From: Octopus vulgaris
Lineage: Eukaryota
Assembly (NCBI GenBank): GCA_951406725.2
Contig: OX597827.1
Location: 51,150,001-51,214,000, forward strand
Direction: 5' to 3'
DNA length: 64,000 bases
Every line of letters starts with the position of its first letter. Position 1 is the first letter of the stretch. The position numbers and the translations under genes are program-made. The notes beneath the pieces were generated by a model, which saw only the letters and a list, made by a program, of their open reading frames with translations, made no database searches and was not told the origin of the DNA. Below are positions 26,931 to 39,161 of this stretch, piece by piece.

Positions 26931-27746
26931 GGATTAAACAGTTTCCATTTATACAATAACAACAATAGTAACCAGAATAATAAGTATAGATCAATAAATA
27001 GCAACAATGTCAACATTTATTTGTATAAATGTTAGAAGTTCACAATAATCCTTCATTATCTGCTGTTCAGATACTAGATTTCAAGCTATGTTAACTAATT
27101 TTCAGATTCATGCTAACATATTCTGTAAGTCTTCTTCATGCTGGCCCTACACAAAAAATTACATTTCCTTAAAGAAATATTGGTTATCAGGAGACCTGCA
27201 GCTACCAGATTTGTAGAATGGTGGCCTAAGAGCTGGAAGGTTAATGGCTGCTGTTCCAGAGACTCAAAAAACTTCTAAACTTTCAATAGCCCAGTCCAAC
27301 TGAATTATGTGATACTCACTGCATTCAAATAGTGATGTTTCGTTAGTTTAAATTACTCAATTTAGTCCTTCTTTTAGGCAGAAACCAATATTGAATCATA
27401 AGTTTCTTCATCTTTTGGTGCTTTTGGATCATCCTTGAAAGTCTCAGTTTCATGTACGGTATGAGTATATCAATCTAAAAATACCTTCCTTCTAAAGGTC
27501 TTAGTTACCAGCCAGGAATAAGATGTGCAAAGCAGTAACCAAAGACCAGAATTTTCAAAGCTCAGATCCAGTTTACAAAGAAGAATAATTTCATCATTAC
27601 AAGTTCTGTCATACAACTCTTTTAGGAAATAAATTCAAACCTTTTCTATACAACACTTTTCTTATTTCCATAACAAGTGTTCTTAATATGTCAATAGAAG
27701 ATGAATTTACATACAGAGAAATCTGAATCCTTTTTTATATGCTTAC

Positions 27747-28338
27747 CAGTGGTTCTCAACCATTTTTCATCTATGGACCCCTTTGATAACTATTTTATTC
27801 TGGTGGGCCCCCATTGCCATTTGATGTGTAAAAACTAGTTATATAAATGCCTATTTCTTTACTATCCACAAGGGGCTAAACACAGAGGAGACAAACAAGG
27901 ACAGACAGACGGATTAAGTTGATTATATCGACCCCAGTGCATAACTGGTACTTAATTTATCAACCCTGAAAGGATGTAAGGCAAAGTTGACCTCGGTGGA
28001 ATTTGAACTCAGAACGTAATGGCAGACAAAATACGGCTACGCATTTCGCCAGCCGTGCTAACGTTTCTGCCAGCTCGCCGCCTTGAAGCTAGTTATATAG
28101 ATACCGCTTTCAAAATTGCTACTTTGTTATTCACACAATAATTTGCATAAGCTGAACTATGTAAAGTGTTAGAGAAAGAAACCTAGCTGTTTCTTGCAAT
28201 AGATACATTCAAATCAAAACTTTACATGGAAACTTAAGATATTATGGCCAATCTCTAATTTACTATTTTGCTAGTGTGGATGCCCAAAACCTTATATGGA
28301 CCTACAGGGGTCATATGGACCCTGGTTGAAGACCACTG
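27747..28338. mobile_element. hAT-type MITE with nested family-A SINE (about 27850-28083, minus)
   Basis: TIRs CAGTGGTTCTCAAC / GTTGAAGACCACTG. The SINE is flanked by duplicated CTAGTTATATA. Confidence 0.8.
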
Positions 28339-28489
28339 GTTTAAACTGATCTGGTTCAGCAAAGTTTTATCTCATTAAAACTTGTTCCAGTGTCTTGGTG
28401 AACATAATTCAACGAAATAGTACTTTAACTCAATTTTATTTGATACCTGTCAAAGTCAATAATAATAATAATAATGGTACAAGGCTAGT

Positions 28490-29546
28490 AATTATGAGAT
28501 GGTTGAGCTCAGTTGATACCACTGATCGCAATACTTCACTAGTACTATATTTTATCAACCTGAAAAGGCAAACTTGACTTTGATAGTGTTTGAACTCATA
28601 ACAGCCAGGAGAATTCCCACAAAGAACTTTTTCCCTACTACTACTACTAATAATGATGATGATGATTTCAAATTTTAGCACAAGGCCAGCAATTTCAGGG
28701 GATGGGATAAGTTGACTCCAGTGCTTAACTGGTACTTATTTTACTGACCATGAATGGACGGAAGGCAAAAATCAGCTTTGGTGGAATTTGAACTCAGAAC
28801 ATAAAGACAGGCAAAATGCTTGGCAGCATTTTGCCTAGAGCAGTAATGATTCTGCCGACTCACTACCTTTATAATAATGGTTTCAAATTTTGCCACAAGG
28901 GTAGCAATTTTGGGGGAGGGGATGAGCCAATTACATGAGCCCCAATGTTCAACTGGTACTTATTTTAACCCCAAAAGTCAACCTCAACGGAATTCGAACT
29001 CAGAACATAGCAACAGGCAAAATACTAAGAATTTCGTCCGGCACACTAACAATTCTGCCAGCTTGCCACCTTAATAATAATGAAATTATTCACTAAAATT
29101 TTCTTTTAAAGACTCAATAAGCATAAATTTATAATTCCAGTATATGCCAATATTATTTATGACAATTTACAATTTTGTATTGATTTCACACAAACGTAAG
29201 TTTTAGAGGTGAGAAGTTACTTTTACACAATTTAAAAAAGAAAAATTTTTAATCTTTTAATCAAGAAGAAAAGTAGTATCCATAAGCCATTACAGGGCTT
29301 CTAAAATTGGAGGGAAAGGGAGAGAACAGTGTCCTCAAAGCAGAGACCTGACCTGAATGCTTGCAACAGGGTGGACACCACTAAAGGCACCCATGATGGT
29401 AGGTTAGTGTTAAACTAGTCTATCAGTCTCATTTTCCAGACTTGTTAGAAATAGCAGCTAAATTTCCTTTGAAACATACCCTACTATTTTAGGTGAGAAA
29501 CAACACATTAGATAGCAAAGTCCTAAGTCCATTACGTCTGAAACAA

Positions 29547-29594
<48 letters not shown>

Positions 29595-30279
29595 CAGAAT
29601 GGTTTACAACTGAAACGTCTTTGACCATAGGTCTTTCCAACCAGGGTTAAACAAAGATAGTAATATCATAGCTGAAGCGAAGTGACTTAACCTGAAACAG
29701 CCTAAGCATTGTTGGCTTAACTTGTGTTCTCATTTTGCACAAAGAAACTACACTGAAGCACATTTCATTAGCATACGCAACAAAGATCATACTATTAACA
29801 TATACAATATGAATCAACTCATTGAAAACCAACAGAAGCTATTCATAAACATTTTCACCTTACAATGCAACCATGTAGTTATCAACTGGATATCTCAATA
29901 GCTACCAACTTTTAAAAAAAAATACATATAAGCAGTACTAACAGAACAAGAAGTCTGGCTATTTGAAACCTTTTTTTTTTTTAGGGTTAAATTATTGTTG
30001 CTAACTTTTTATATAATATCAAATAACAAAAAAGGGTGAATAAGTAACCAAAGAAAACTTCAAAGAGTTGATCTTTTTCCAAATTTAAATACATGTAATC
30101 TTATAATTACATGTATATTACCAATTTCTTTCAAGAGGACAAGAACACATCATTGAATCAAATACAGTTCATGCCCAACATTTGGTTCAAAAGGATTTCA
30201 ACCGAAATATAAGCAAAAATAGTGTCAGAAATTTTGCCCCAGAGCTCTACTAATTTTTCTACTACACTACCATCCAATG

Positions 30280-30312
<33 letters not shown>

Positions 30313-31040
30313 CCTGAAATTTTGTGTGTAAGGGGCTAGTTGACTACATCAACTCCAGTGTTCATCTGGTACTTATTCATCAACCTCAAAAAGATGAAAG
30401 GCAAAAATCAACCTCAGAGGTATTTGAACTCAGAATGTAAATTTGAATAAAATGCTAAGTGTTTCATCCAGTATGTTAATGAATCTGCCAGCTTGCCACA
30501 ACTGATGGACTCTCCCGTTGAAGACAACGTATGAGCATTCAGCTTTTGCCGGATAACCTGCACAAATGATTTGTTTATAGTGATCAAATGTATGTGCTGC
30601 ACATTAGCTCACTCCCTCCATCAAATCAAGGTTGTCTGAACAGGTGCACGGTGTACCATGCATCACGTGTTGAGGTAATTGCAGAGCAATGCAAGATGAA
30701 GTGTTTTACTCAAGAACACAACACACCACCCGGTCTAGGAAATGAAATCACGATTGCTAGATTGTGAGTGCAACACCCTCCCTAACCAATAGGCCATGTG
30801 CCCTCTACTACTACTACTAATAATAATAATAATAATTTCAAATTTTAGCATAAAGCTAGCAACTTCAAGGAAGGGGATAAATCGAATACATCAACCCATG
30901 TTAATCTGGTACTTTATCAACTCTGGAAGGATGAAAGGCAAAGTCAACCTCGACAGAATTTGAACTCAGAACATAAAAACAGACAAATTGCCATTAAGCA
31001 TTTTGCCTAGCATGCTAACAATTCTGCCAGCTTACTCCTT
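28490..31040 (-). mobile_element. Cluster of degenerate family-A SINE copies separated by (TAA)n/(CTA)n
   Basis: Repeated GAATTTGAACTCAGAAC...TCTGCCAGCT units at about 28490-28620, 28670-28870, 28880-29072, 30320-30500 and 30840-31040. Confidence 0.7.
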
Positions 31041-32288
31041 TAATGATAATACATGTTACAACCTATCCAACTGATCATATCACAAACAGTGAAAGAAAGA
31101 TATCACAAATTTTGGAATCGCTTAAAATATTTATTAAGGGTTAGAAAAATTAAGGTTTTAGAAAAAATATATGGGAGTCTACATTTCATCATAGCAACCA
31201 AAACACCCACAGATTTTACAACTAAAAAATTATCACAAAAATGTAATTGTAATAAGACTGGAATATTTAAAAGTCAAATGTTATTTACATAAAAATAATA
31301 AATTTCATCATAACACATTTCACCATTTGACTCCTTTAGAGAACAAATTTGAGCTTCTATGCAATACTCTTTACTAGTAAGTACTCTTTGTATGCCAATA
31401 AATGATAGACTTAAAAAAGTCATTCAAACTTGTGTGTTTAAACTAACCCGATTTGGCTCGGAATGTGAACTTCCCTTGTGTTATTATCCCTTTTGTAGCC
31501 ATATTTCTGTAGAAGTACAGTGTTTTTCTTTCAATTAAGTTTGCAAATAATGAAGAATATATCAAAGTAAATTTGTAATTATTAAACTGATGATTGGAAC
31601 ATAAATTAACATGAAATTATTATAGGAAGTTTTTAGATCACTTTAAAACAGAAAGTTTGTGTCATAAAACGAAAGGTGGACTCAGGCAGTTTGGTCTTAA
31701 AAGGATTAAAACTTATTGAACATTTGTACAAGCAATTCAACCAGCAGCTTTTTAACTATGTTATTTATCTTTTGATTTAGGCCCAGCAATTTTGAGGAAA
31801 GGGAGTTAGTTGACACCATCAACCTCAGGACTTGAATAAGTACTATAGGAGGAATGAAAGTTGACAATAGCAATCTGTTTTGTTTTAGCAATAGTACTAG
31901 ACAAGTTTATGATTCCAGTTTCACAGCGTTGGTTATTTTTTTAATATTTTCATTGCTGATATGGTATTACAAAGTTGTGCTGTAATTACAAAGAAAAAAA
32001 AAAGTAATATCTTCACTAAGGATCAATAGAAGTTTAAATCCTTGATCTCTGCAGCCAATTTATAGAGTTACACACCAACAAATTCAAAGAAGTGCTAAAA
32101 AAACTCACTAAAAATAGATGCACAGCATAAATACTAAACTCTAATGAGACCCAGTTTGCTGTGACAAGAGAAGCACTATGTGTATTGAGTAAATGGTCTT
32201 CAGTTTCTATTGGGTTTTGGCTATTCATAAAAGTTATCTACTTACTAAAAAAAATCCATATGTACAGTTAGCTCAAGAAGCTAGCCCA

Positions 32289-32372
32289 TTGTGTTACATA
32301 ATATATGTTACTAAAAATATTTAAGACTGAGTTGTGTTACATAATATATGTTACTAAAATATTTAAGGCTGA
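32289..32372. repeat. Tandem duplication of about 43 bp
   Basis: TTGTGTTACATAATATATGTTACTAAAA(A)TATTTAAG.CTGA occurs twice in tandem. Confidence 0.9.
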
Positions 32373-32719
32373 TTTGATTATATAGATATTTCTCCACAAT
32401 ATGGTGAAAGCAATCTTTGAATTTGTAGCATTCTGATACTAATGGATTTCAAGATCAATATAAATAATAAATAGAAAGACTGCATTATCACACTTCAAAA
32501 ATTTCATTATGTACATGCCATTAAAAGGATACAAAATGTGACTGTACTAGGTTAGAAAGACAAGTTATTTAGAATAGAAAAATTAACACTACAAGGATAA
32601 GACAGAATTGTAAACAGTAATCAAATATTTTATTAATAAAAATATAAATAAGTAGTATGTTTGACGACTATATCTGCTACATTGATACAGATAGTGCTGA
32701 AACTTTAGAATTAACCATA

Positions 32720-33577
32720 TCTGAGGCGTGGGGATGGACTATTTCTGCAGTGTGCCAACAGATGGAAGCACATGGTTGCATGCACAGTGAGAGCTAGCAG
32801 TGACCTTCATGAGGCAGTGTGCTGAGTGACATTGCTGTTTACTTTGCAGGTTGTGAAATGTGTTGTGATCACATGTTTGCTGTAGTCTGCAATTTTTGTC
32901 ACGGACAGGAAGTTGGAACAAAGAGCCAATGTGAAATTTTGCATTAAACTTGGGAAGTCTGCTACAGGGACATTGAGCATGCTTCGGCAAGCTTACAGCA
33001 ACAAGGCAATGGGTCGTACACAATGTTTTGGGTGGCACAGGCACTTCAAAAGGCACAACAAAACCGCAGTTCAACCAAGAACATGCTCGTGTTTTTCAAC
33101 ATCCGCAGTATTGTGCATCAAGAATTTGTCCCCAAGGGCCAGACTGTAAATCAAGTTCTGCTGTGCTGTTTTGAAGTGTTTGAAGGAAGACATTCGTCAA
33201 AAGCAACCAGATCTGTGGAGCATGAAGAACTGAATTCTACACAATGACAATGCACCCCATCACCAAGCTCTCTTCACTCATGAGTTTCTTGCCAAAAAAC
33301 ATGCCATCACTTCCGCACCCACCCTATTTGCCAGATTTAGCACCTGTGGACTTCCATCTCTTCCCCAAGATGAAAATTCAGCTCAAAGGTCGCAGTTTTA
33401 ACACCGTTGTCAAGATCACTTATGCAAAATGACTTCCAGACCAGATTCTAAAAGTGACAGGAACACTGGGAGCTGTTTATTGTTGTGCAAGATGACTATT
33501 TCGAAGATGTTAAAAACTTAGGTAAATAAGTTATTTTTTACCAAACTAATCCAGGAACTTTTTGATACCAACTTGTA
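32720..33577 (+). mobile_element. Internally deleted mariner transposon
   Basis: HTH segment EQRANVKFCIKLGKSAT, then IVHQEFVPKGQTVNQ and HPPYLPDLAPVDFHLFPKMK in shifted frames. TIR-like end AACTTTTTGATACCAACTTGTA. Confidence 0.88.
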
Positions 33578-34352
33578 CAACTTTGTATCAATAGTCTGCA
33601 GCTGATATACAAAATCTCAAATGAATGAATCTATGACTTGGTTTAATTCTTATTTGGACTGACTTACTGTTATATTATTCACATTCTTGAAAACACCACA
33701 CTCACTAAACATTTCAGAATTTAAACCTTACTGAGAAAACCCTAACTGCTCAACAAAATCTACTCCAAAATTTCAAGTTAAATTTTACTTATACCTAAAC
33801 AAAATTTTTAAGATCCTGCTTGAAATTGTCATACCAAAAACTATATCATTTTGATACACTATGCAAAACCTGATCAAGAAATATTTTTCACATAAAGAGT
33901 CTCCTCAAAGTTATTCAAATGAAGATTATCGATTATACTTCTACATATTTGACATTCATTTTTCGTTTTACAGATTTCAACCCATAACCAGACACCATGT
34001 TAAACATAAATACAAAGTCATTAGGATTATAGCTCAAATAATAATTACTATTATCTTCTGAAGCATGGCCCCAATGATTTTAGGTTATTTAAAACAGTTG
34101 CATGAAGTAGAAACAGATATATAGTTTAAAGTGGGAGTCCACCCACTACTTGATTTTTCTTAATTTTAATGCTAGTGCAATTATCTATAATGGATATTTG
34201 ACCCAAAAATGATATACAATTTCTTTTCACTCTGTAAGTTTTATTTTTCTTGATTTCGTTGTCTTTTTAACAATAAAAACTTTTCAATATTCCTCTATTC
34301 CCACCTTCAGATTACTTAACCACTGTTACCTGATATATTATATATATATATA

Positions 34353-34739
34353 CTAGCAGTATCGCCCGGCGTTGCTCGGGTTTGTAAGGGAAATAACTAT
34401 ATAAGCATTTTTAGAGATGTAAAGTATAATAGCCATCTCAATATGGCTAACCACAAAGGGGAGGGGTGTTACTGTAGCTTTTTACGTTCTGAGATTTAGT
34501 AATAAATTTTTAGAGAGTTACTTCCCTTATATATGCCAAAAATGCATTAAAAATGGGAAAAATTGATGGTAAATTCTTTTTAATATCGTAGACGCGTGCT
34601 AATACCCACAAGGGCTCGATATGAATCACGACTATAAGATACCCGGTTTTGGTTAAACTGCACTGCAAAATGTGGGAGTAGTTAGGAATCTAAATCGTAG
34701 GAGACAAACAGCACACAACCTCTCTTTTATATATAAAGA
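34353..34739 (-). mobile_element. Non-autonomous Helitron
   Basis: On the minus strand: A|TC...hairpin CCCGAGCAACGCCGGG...CTAG|T, with no TSD. Confidence 0.8.
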
Positions 34740-35700
34740 TATATGCAATTTTCATCTTATTTATATTTTGGTTAGATTTTATTCTGGTGAGGCTTTTGTA
34801 GAGCAAAGTGTAACTTTTGTTCTGACTTTGCATTATTTAAGAGCAAAGCAAAAGAGTTGAATTTTAAATCTACAACCTTAAGAAATGTTGCAACAAGATA
34901 GCCATTAAATGACTAACAAGGTTTCTGAGAACACAACCATTTACAGCATTGTACCCATCTCATAACCAAAAGCTAGATAGATAGTAGTCAAGCAGAAAGT
35001 CAATACCTATTAATTCAATTCACATACATGATTAATCATTAGATAACAAGAACATTAGCAACATTCCTGCAAAGCTACTACTGAAATATAGAAGTTCATT
35101 CAAGACATCTCAAAACTTTGACAAACTTGGAAAAGTATAGCAGCGACCAAACGAAAGCAGATTTGACGTATATTTCATATTTCAAAACAGAATATACTAT
35201 TTATATTACTCTAATCCTCTAGGCAATGCTGATAAAAATTAAGTAACGATAGAAAAGCAAAACATTAGGTTCAAAACTGAAGAGAATTGCACCTTTTCAA
35301 ATGTTTAAAATTAAAATGATACACTGACATCTTACTCATAACTTCTTTACCAACCAAATCATTTAAAAGTGACTATAAATCAGATGACATAACAAAAGTT
35401 TACGAGAAATTTAAGCACCAATATCTTAGTGAACGGAGCTCTCTATAAGGATTCAAATTTTGAAATGCTGTTATAACATTAGATATCTGTCAAGGGTATT
35501 ATCAGTTACTAGTTCATCTAATATTTTCATACAGAAATAAGCTGTTATACTTTGTAATTTGCATATGAAAGTGACAAAATACTGAATTTCAAGATTAGGG
35601 AATACATCTTGATCCAGTTTGAATTAGAATTTTATCACTAAAAGTAATAAAATTAAGGTTAGAGTTAGTTAAAATTGTAAGATTGAAAAGCTGTTAAATG

Positions 35701-36306
35701 GGCATAGGAGTGGCTGTGTGGTAAGTAGCTTGCTTACGAACCACATGGTTCTGGGCTCAGTCCCACTGCGTGGCATCTTGGGCAAGTGTCTTCTACTATA
35801 GCCTTGGGCCGATCAAAGCCTTGTGAGTGGATTTGGTAGATGGAAACTGAAAGAAGCCCGTCATATATATGTGTGTATATGTGACCTCGTGAGTACCGCC
35901 AGCGATTTTTTTCCCTCTGTCTTCCCTTCTCGGGATCTTTCCTTCTCCTATGTTTCCGACGAAGAGCTCCGCTCGAAACGTTAAACCCTCCTTCTTCCCT
36001 TAGCGTCCAATAATACTTTATTTGTTCCACGTCCTCGCGTTGCTGTGTTTTTTTTGTGTTTTCTTGTTTGGATTAACTATATATATATGTGTGTGTGTGT
36101 GTTTGTGTGTCTGTGTTTGTCCCCTTAACATCGCTTGACAACTGATGCTGGTGTGTTTATGTCCCCTGTAACTTAGCGGTTTGGCAAAAGAGACCTGATA
36201 GAATAAGTACTAGGCTTACAAAAAGTAAGTCCTGGAGTCGATTTGCTCAACTAAAGGTGGTGCTCCAGCATGGCCACAGTCAAATGACTGAAACAAGTAA
36301 AAGAGT
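35701..36306 (+). mobile_element. Family-B SINE with a PLE pLTR fragment (about 35880-36080) inserted in its internal microsatellite
   Basis: The SINE head and tail match 22599-22975. An extra segment of about 200 bp lies between TA/TG runs. Confidence 0.75.
35952..35986 (+). ncRNA. Minimal hammerhead-ribozyme-like motif (variant core)
   Basis: GUUU-CCGACGA-A-GAGC(UCC)GCUC-GAAAC-GUU-AAAC: stem I, stem II and palindromic AACGUU. The core has U4C and an extra A. Confidence 0.55.
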
Positions 36307-39161
36307 ATAGCTCCATTAGTTTTCCTTAAGATAAGTTAAACTTAATAAAAAGTCATTTTTTTCCCAATCTTCTGACTGCAGACACTGAATGCAAAATTTA
36401 GGCCACTACAATAAACAACCATTTTTTTTTTTTTGCAAAGCTCTTATTATTTGAAAATATGTGAACAAATTTTGAAACAGCTAAAATTCAGTTGGCAAAA
36501 ATGACTGTGCAAACTTTGCATGAGACAGGTAAGTGCAGTTACAGAAGAGACAGGGTTTTGGATTGAAAAATTCAACTGGTCATCATCTACTGTGACTAAG
36601 AACCCAGAAAACAGTAGAGGACTGGATTCTGAAACTTCTGTATAGATGCAACAAATAAACCATGACAATATAAAAACTGAATTACCAACATGCAAGTGAT
36701 ATCTGAAAAAATATCTATAATTTCTATTGTTATAAGAAAACAGAAGTCAGAATGATAGCTATTACGTTAGTGTGTTAAAACTTTTAGTCAAACAATTCAT
36801 TCAAGAAAATGCTGAAAAAAAATTAAATAACATTTGCTTTATTTCATCTTTTATATTTTCCATTTCAGGTAAAAAATTATAAACAGAATTAATCTTAGAT
36901 ATATTTATTATGTTCTCACAAGTTGTCAACCATTTACAATGCCCCCAACTAACAAGTTTTATCAGTTATGAGAGCTAAAATGAAAGCAGATCAGAGTCTC
37001 TAATGAAAAGTCAAACACATCAAGAGAAGACAGCATGAAAATGCTGACACTGTACTGAACAGCAAAGTTCTACATAGAAAAGACACATACCAAGCAAAAT
37101 TAATGAATTAGCTATTATTGCCATCATGGCCTATGTACTCAGTACATACTTCAATACACATGTGTCAGTGTAACAAAAATAAGCTTTGAGTCTCATTAGC
37201 TTATAGAGTCAAGAAAGGAACTATGAAATATCTATAACATCCAGTAAAACAGGAACTATTTATGAATACATGTATAAAGAAGAAATCTGCTGCCAAAAGA
37301 ATATATTCCCGAGAAACAAAAACTAAAATCAACTGTGACACCACTTTATTCCAAAGGTTTGGCAAAAAGAATTCCAGAAACATAAACAGTATTCAAGAGT
37401 AACATTACACTTAACAGATGCCTCACGAAAATAAACTCTATCCACAAGTGGCAAAGTTAAAGAACTATACCTGTAATATCTCAAGCATTCGCAGAGAAAT
37501 TGATTTACTAAGAGTCAAAATAGAAAAATACTGAAAATATTTGATGACACAAGAAGTATAAAAATTACAAATGGCTAAACACATTTAATGTGTGAAGGGA
37601 AATTACATATCACAGTGGAAACTTAGAAAATTTGAAGAAGCTATATATCACTTTCTGAAATGCAATCATTAATCTTTGTGCTGTAGAAAGTCTGCCAGAT
37701 CAAGATTGAAGCCTGGTGCAGCCATCTGGTTCGCCAGCCCTCAGTCATACGTCCAACCCATGCTAGCATGGAAAGCGGACGTTAAACGATGATGATGATG
37801 AGAGCTGACATAACTAAAATAAAATAGCTTAAATACGACAATACATTAATAATAGTATATGCACTGGTGGTTTAGGTCAGCATTTCTTGAGGGGGGCACC
37901 TGTAAGGATTGAAAAGGAGACAGACAAATAGCAAGATGATTTCCAACATTTTAAACTTGTCAAATATCTTGATAAAGAATTATATGCAGGCCATACACTA
38001 GTTTGTCATTTCATTAACGAAGAGGACAAGGGATACCAAAAATATTTGGGGAAGGGTAAGCCTAGTATTTGTCAGTTTGATAACTATTAGATTAGGATAT
38101 TAATGCTCTTTGCTTAGAACTAAAGGTTCCGTGTTCATATCCAGTCAGGGGTGGTGCATTTTGATGATTGAGACAGAATTGATTGAAGCAGGAATCTGCA
38201 AAATTTAAATTATAATTCATCTCAGAAGTTTAAACAATATTTACCAATAACTGTTGAGTTTGAAATTTGTTCAAGAATTCCTTTAACCTAGAATAATGAC
38301 CTAATGCACGCCTCAAAATCATTCTATATAAAAGCATTTATTAACATTGAACAAGAATATGCAAATATATTTTTGCTCACTGGAAATTTTTTTTCTAAAA
38401 TGTGGAAGACATTTCTCCAGATTACTATAGTATTGGAAAGTACAATACAATGGATTGGATTCTCAAGGAGTTACTTTTTTTAAATACCACAAATGGTTAC
38501 AAAAGATCTAGCAGGATAAATTGATTAAGAATTATCAAATTTTAAAAATGAATGAAACAATGAATTTGTATACAAGATAATCAGATAAAAATATCAAACT
38601 TTTTCAATAGGATTTCAAAGAAAATATAGAAATATTTTTTATAGAAATCAGATTTGTAGCAAACCTAGATTTATAGAAAAATTGAAAACAAGCAAAAACA
38701 AATTTCCTTTTGTTTTTGAAATAAAAATGCAAAGTGTATAAAAAGTGAAAATAAATATAAACATAAATCCCATTTGATACATATATAACACACACACATA
38801 CACACATACATGCATACACACACACGCATATGTCTGCAATAAATAAATTTAAAGCTGGTCAACATTTGAAAAAGTTTTAAACCAAAAACTTTTTAAAGGT
38901 TTTATTCTTGTTCCAGCAAGGAATTAGAGGAATACTTGAAAAGAGAAGGGAACAATCATAACATTACTGATGAGAGAAAGGGGGTGAAGGGAGAGAGAGC
39001 AAGAGAGGTGGAATGGAAATTGAGGAAACAAAGTAATCAATACAACTGAAAGACTAACTGAGATTTGAGATTGTACTATCAAATTGTATCAACCCAAATC
39101 TGTTTATGTGACAAACACTCATTACTTCACAACATTAACACCCATTCCCTGCACCAGAAGT

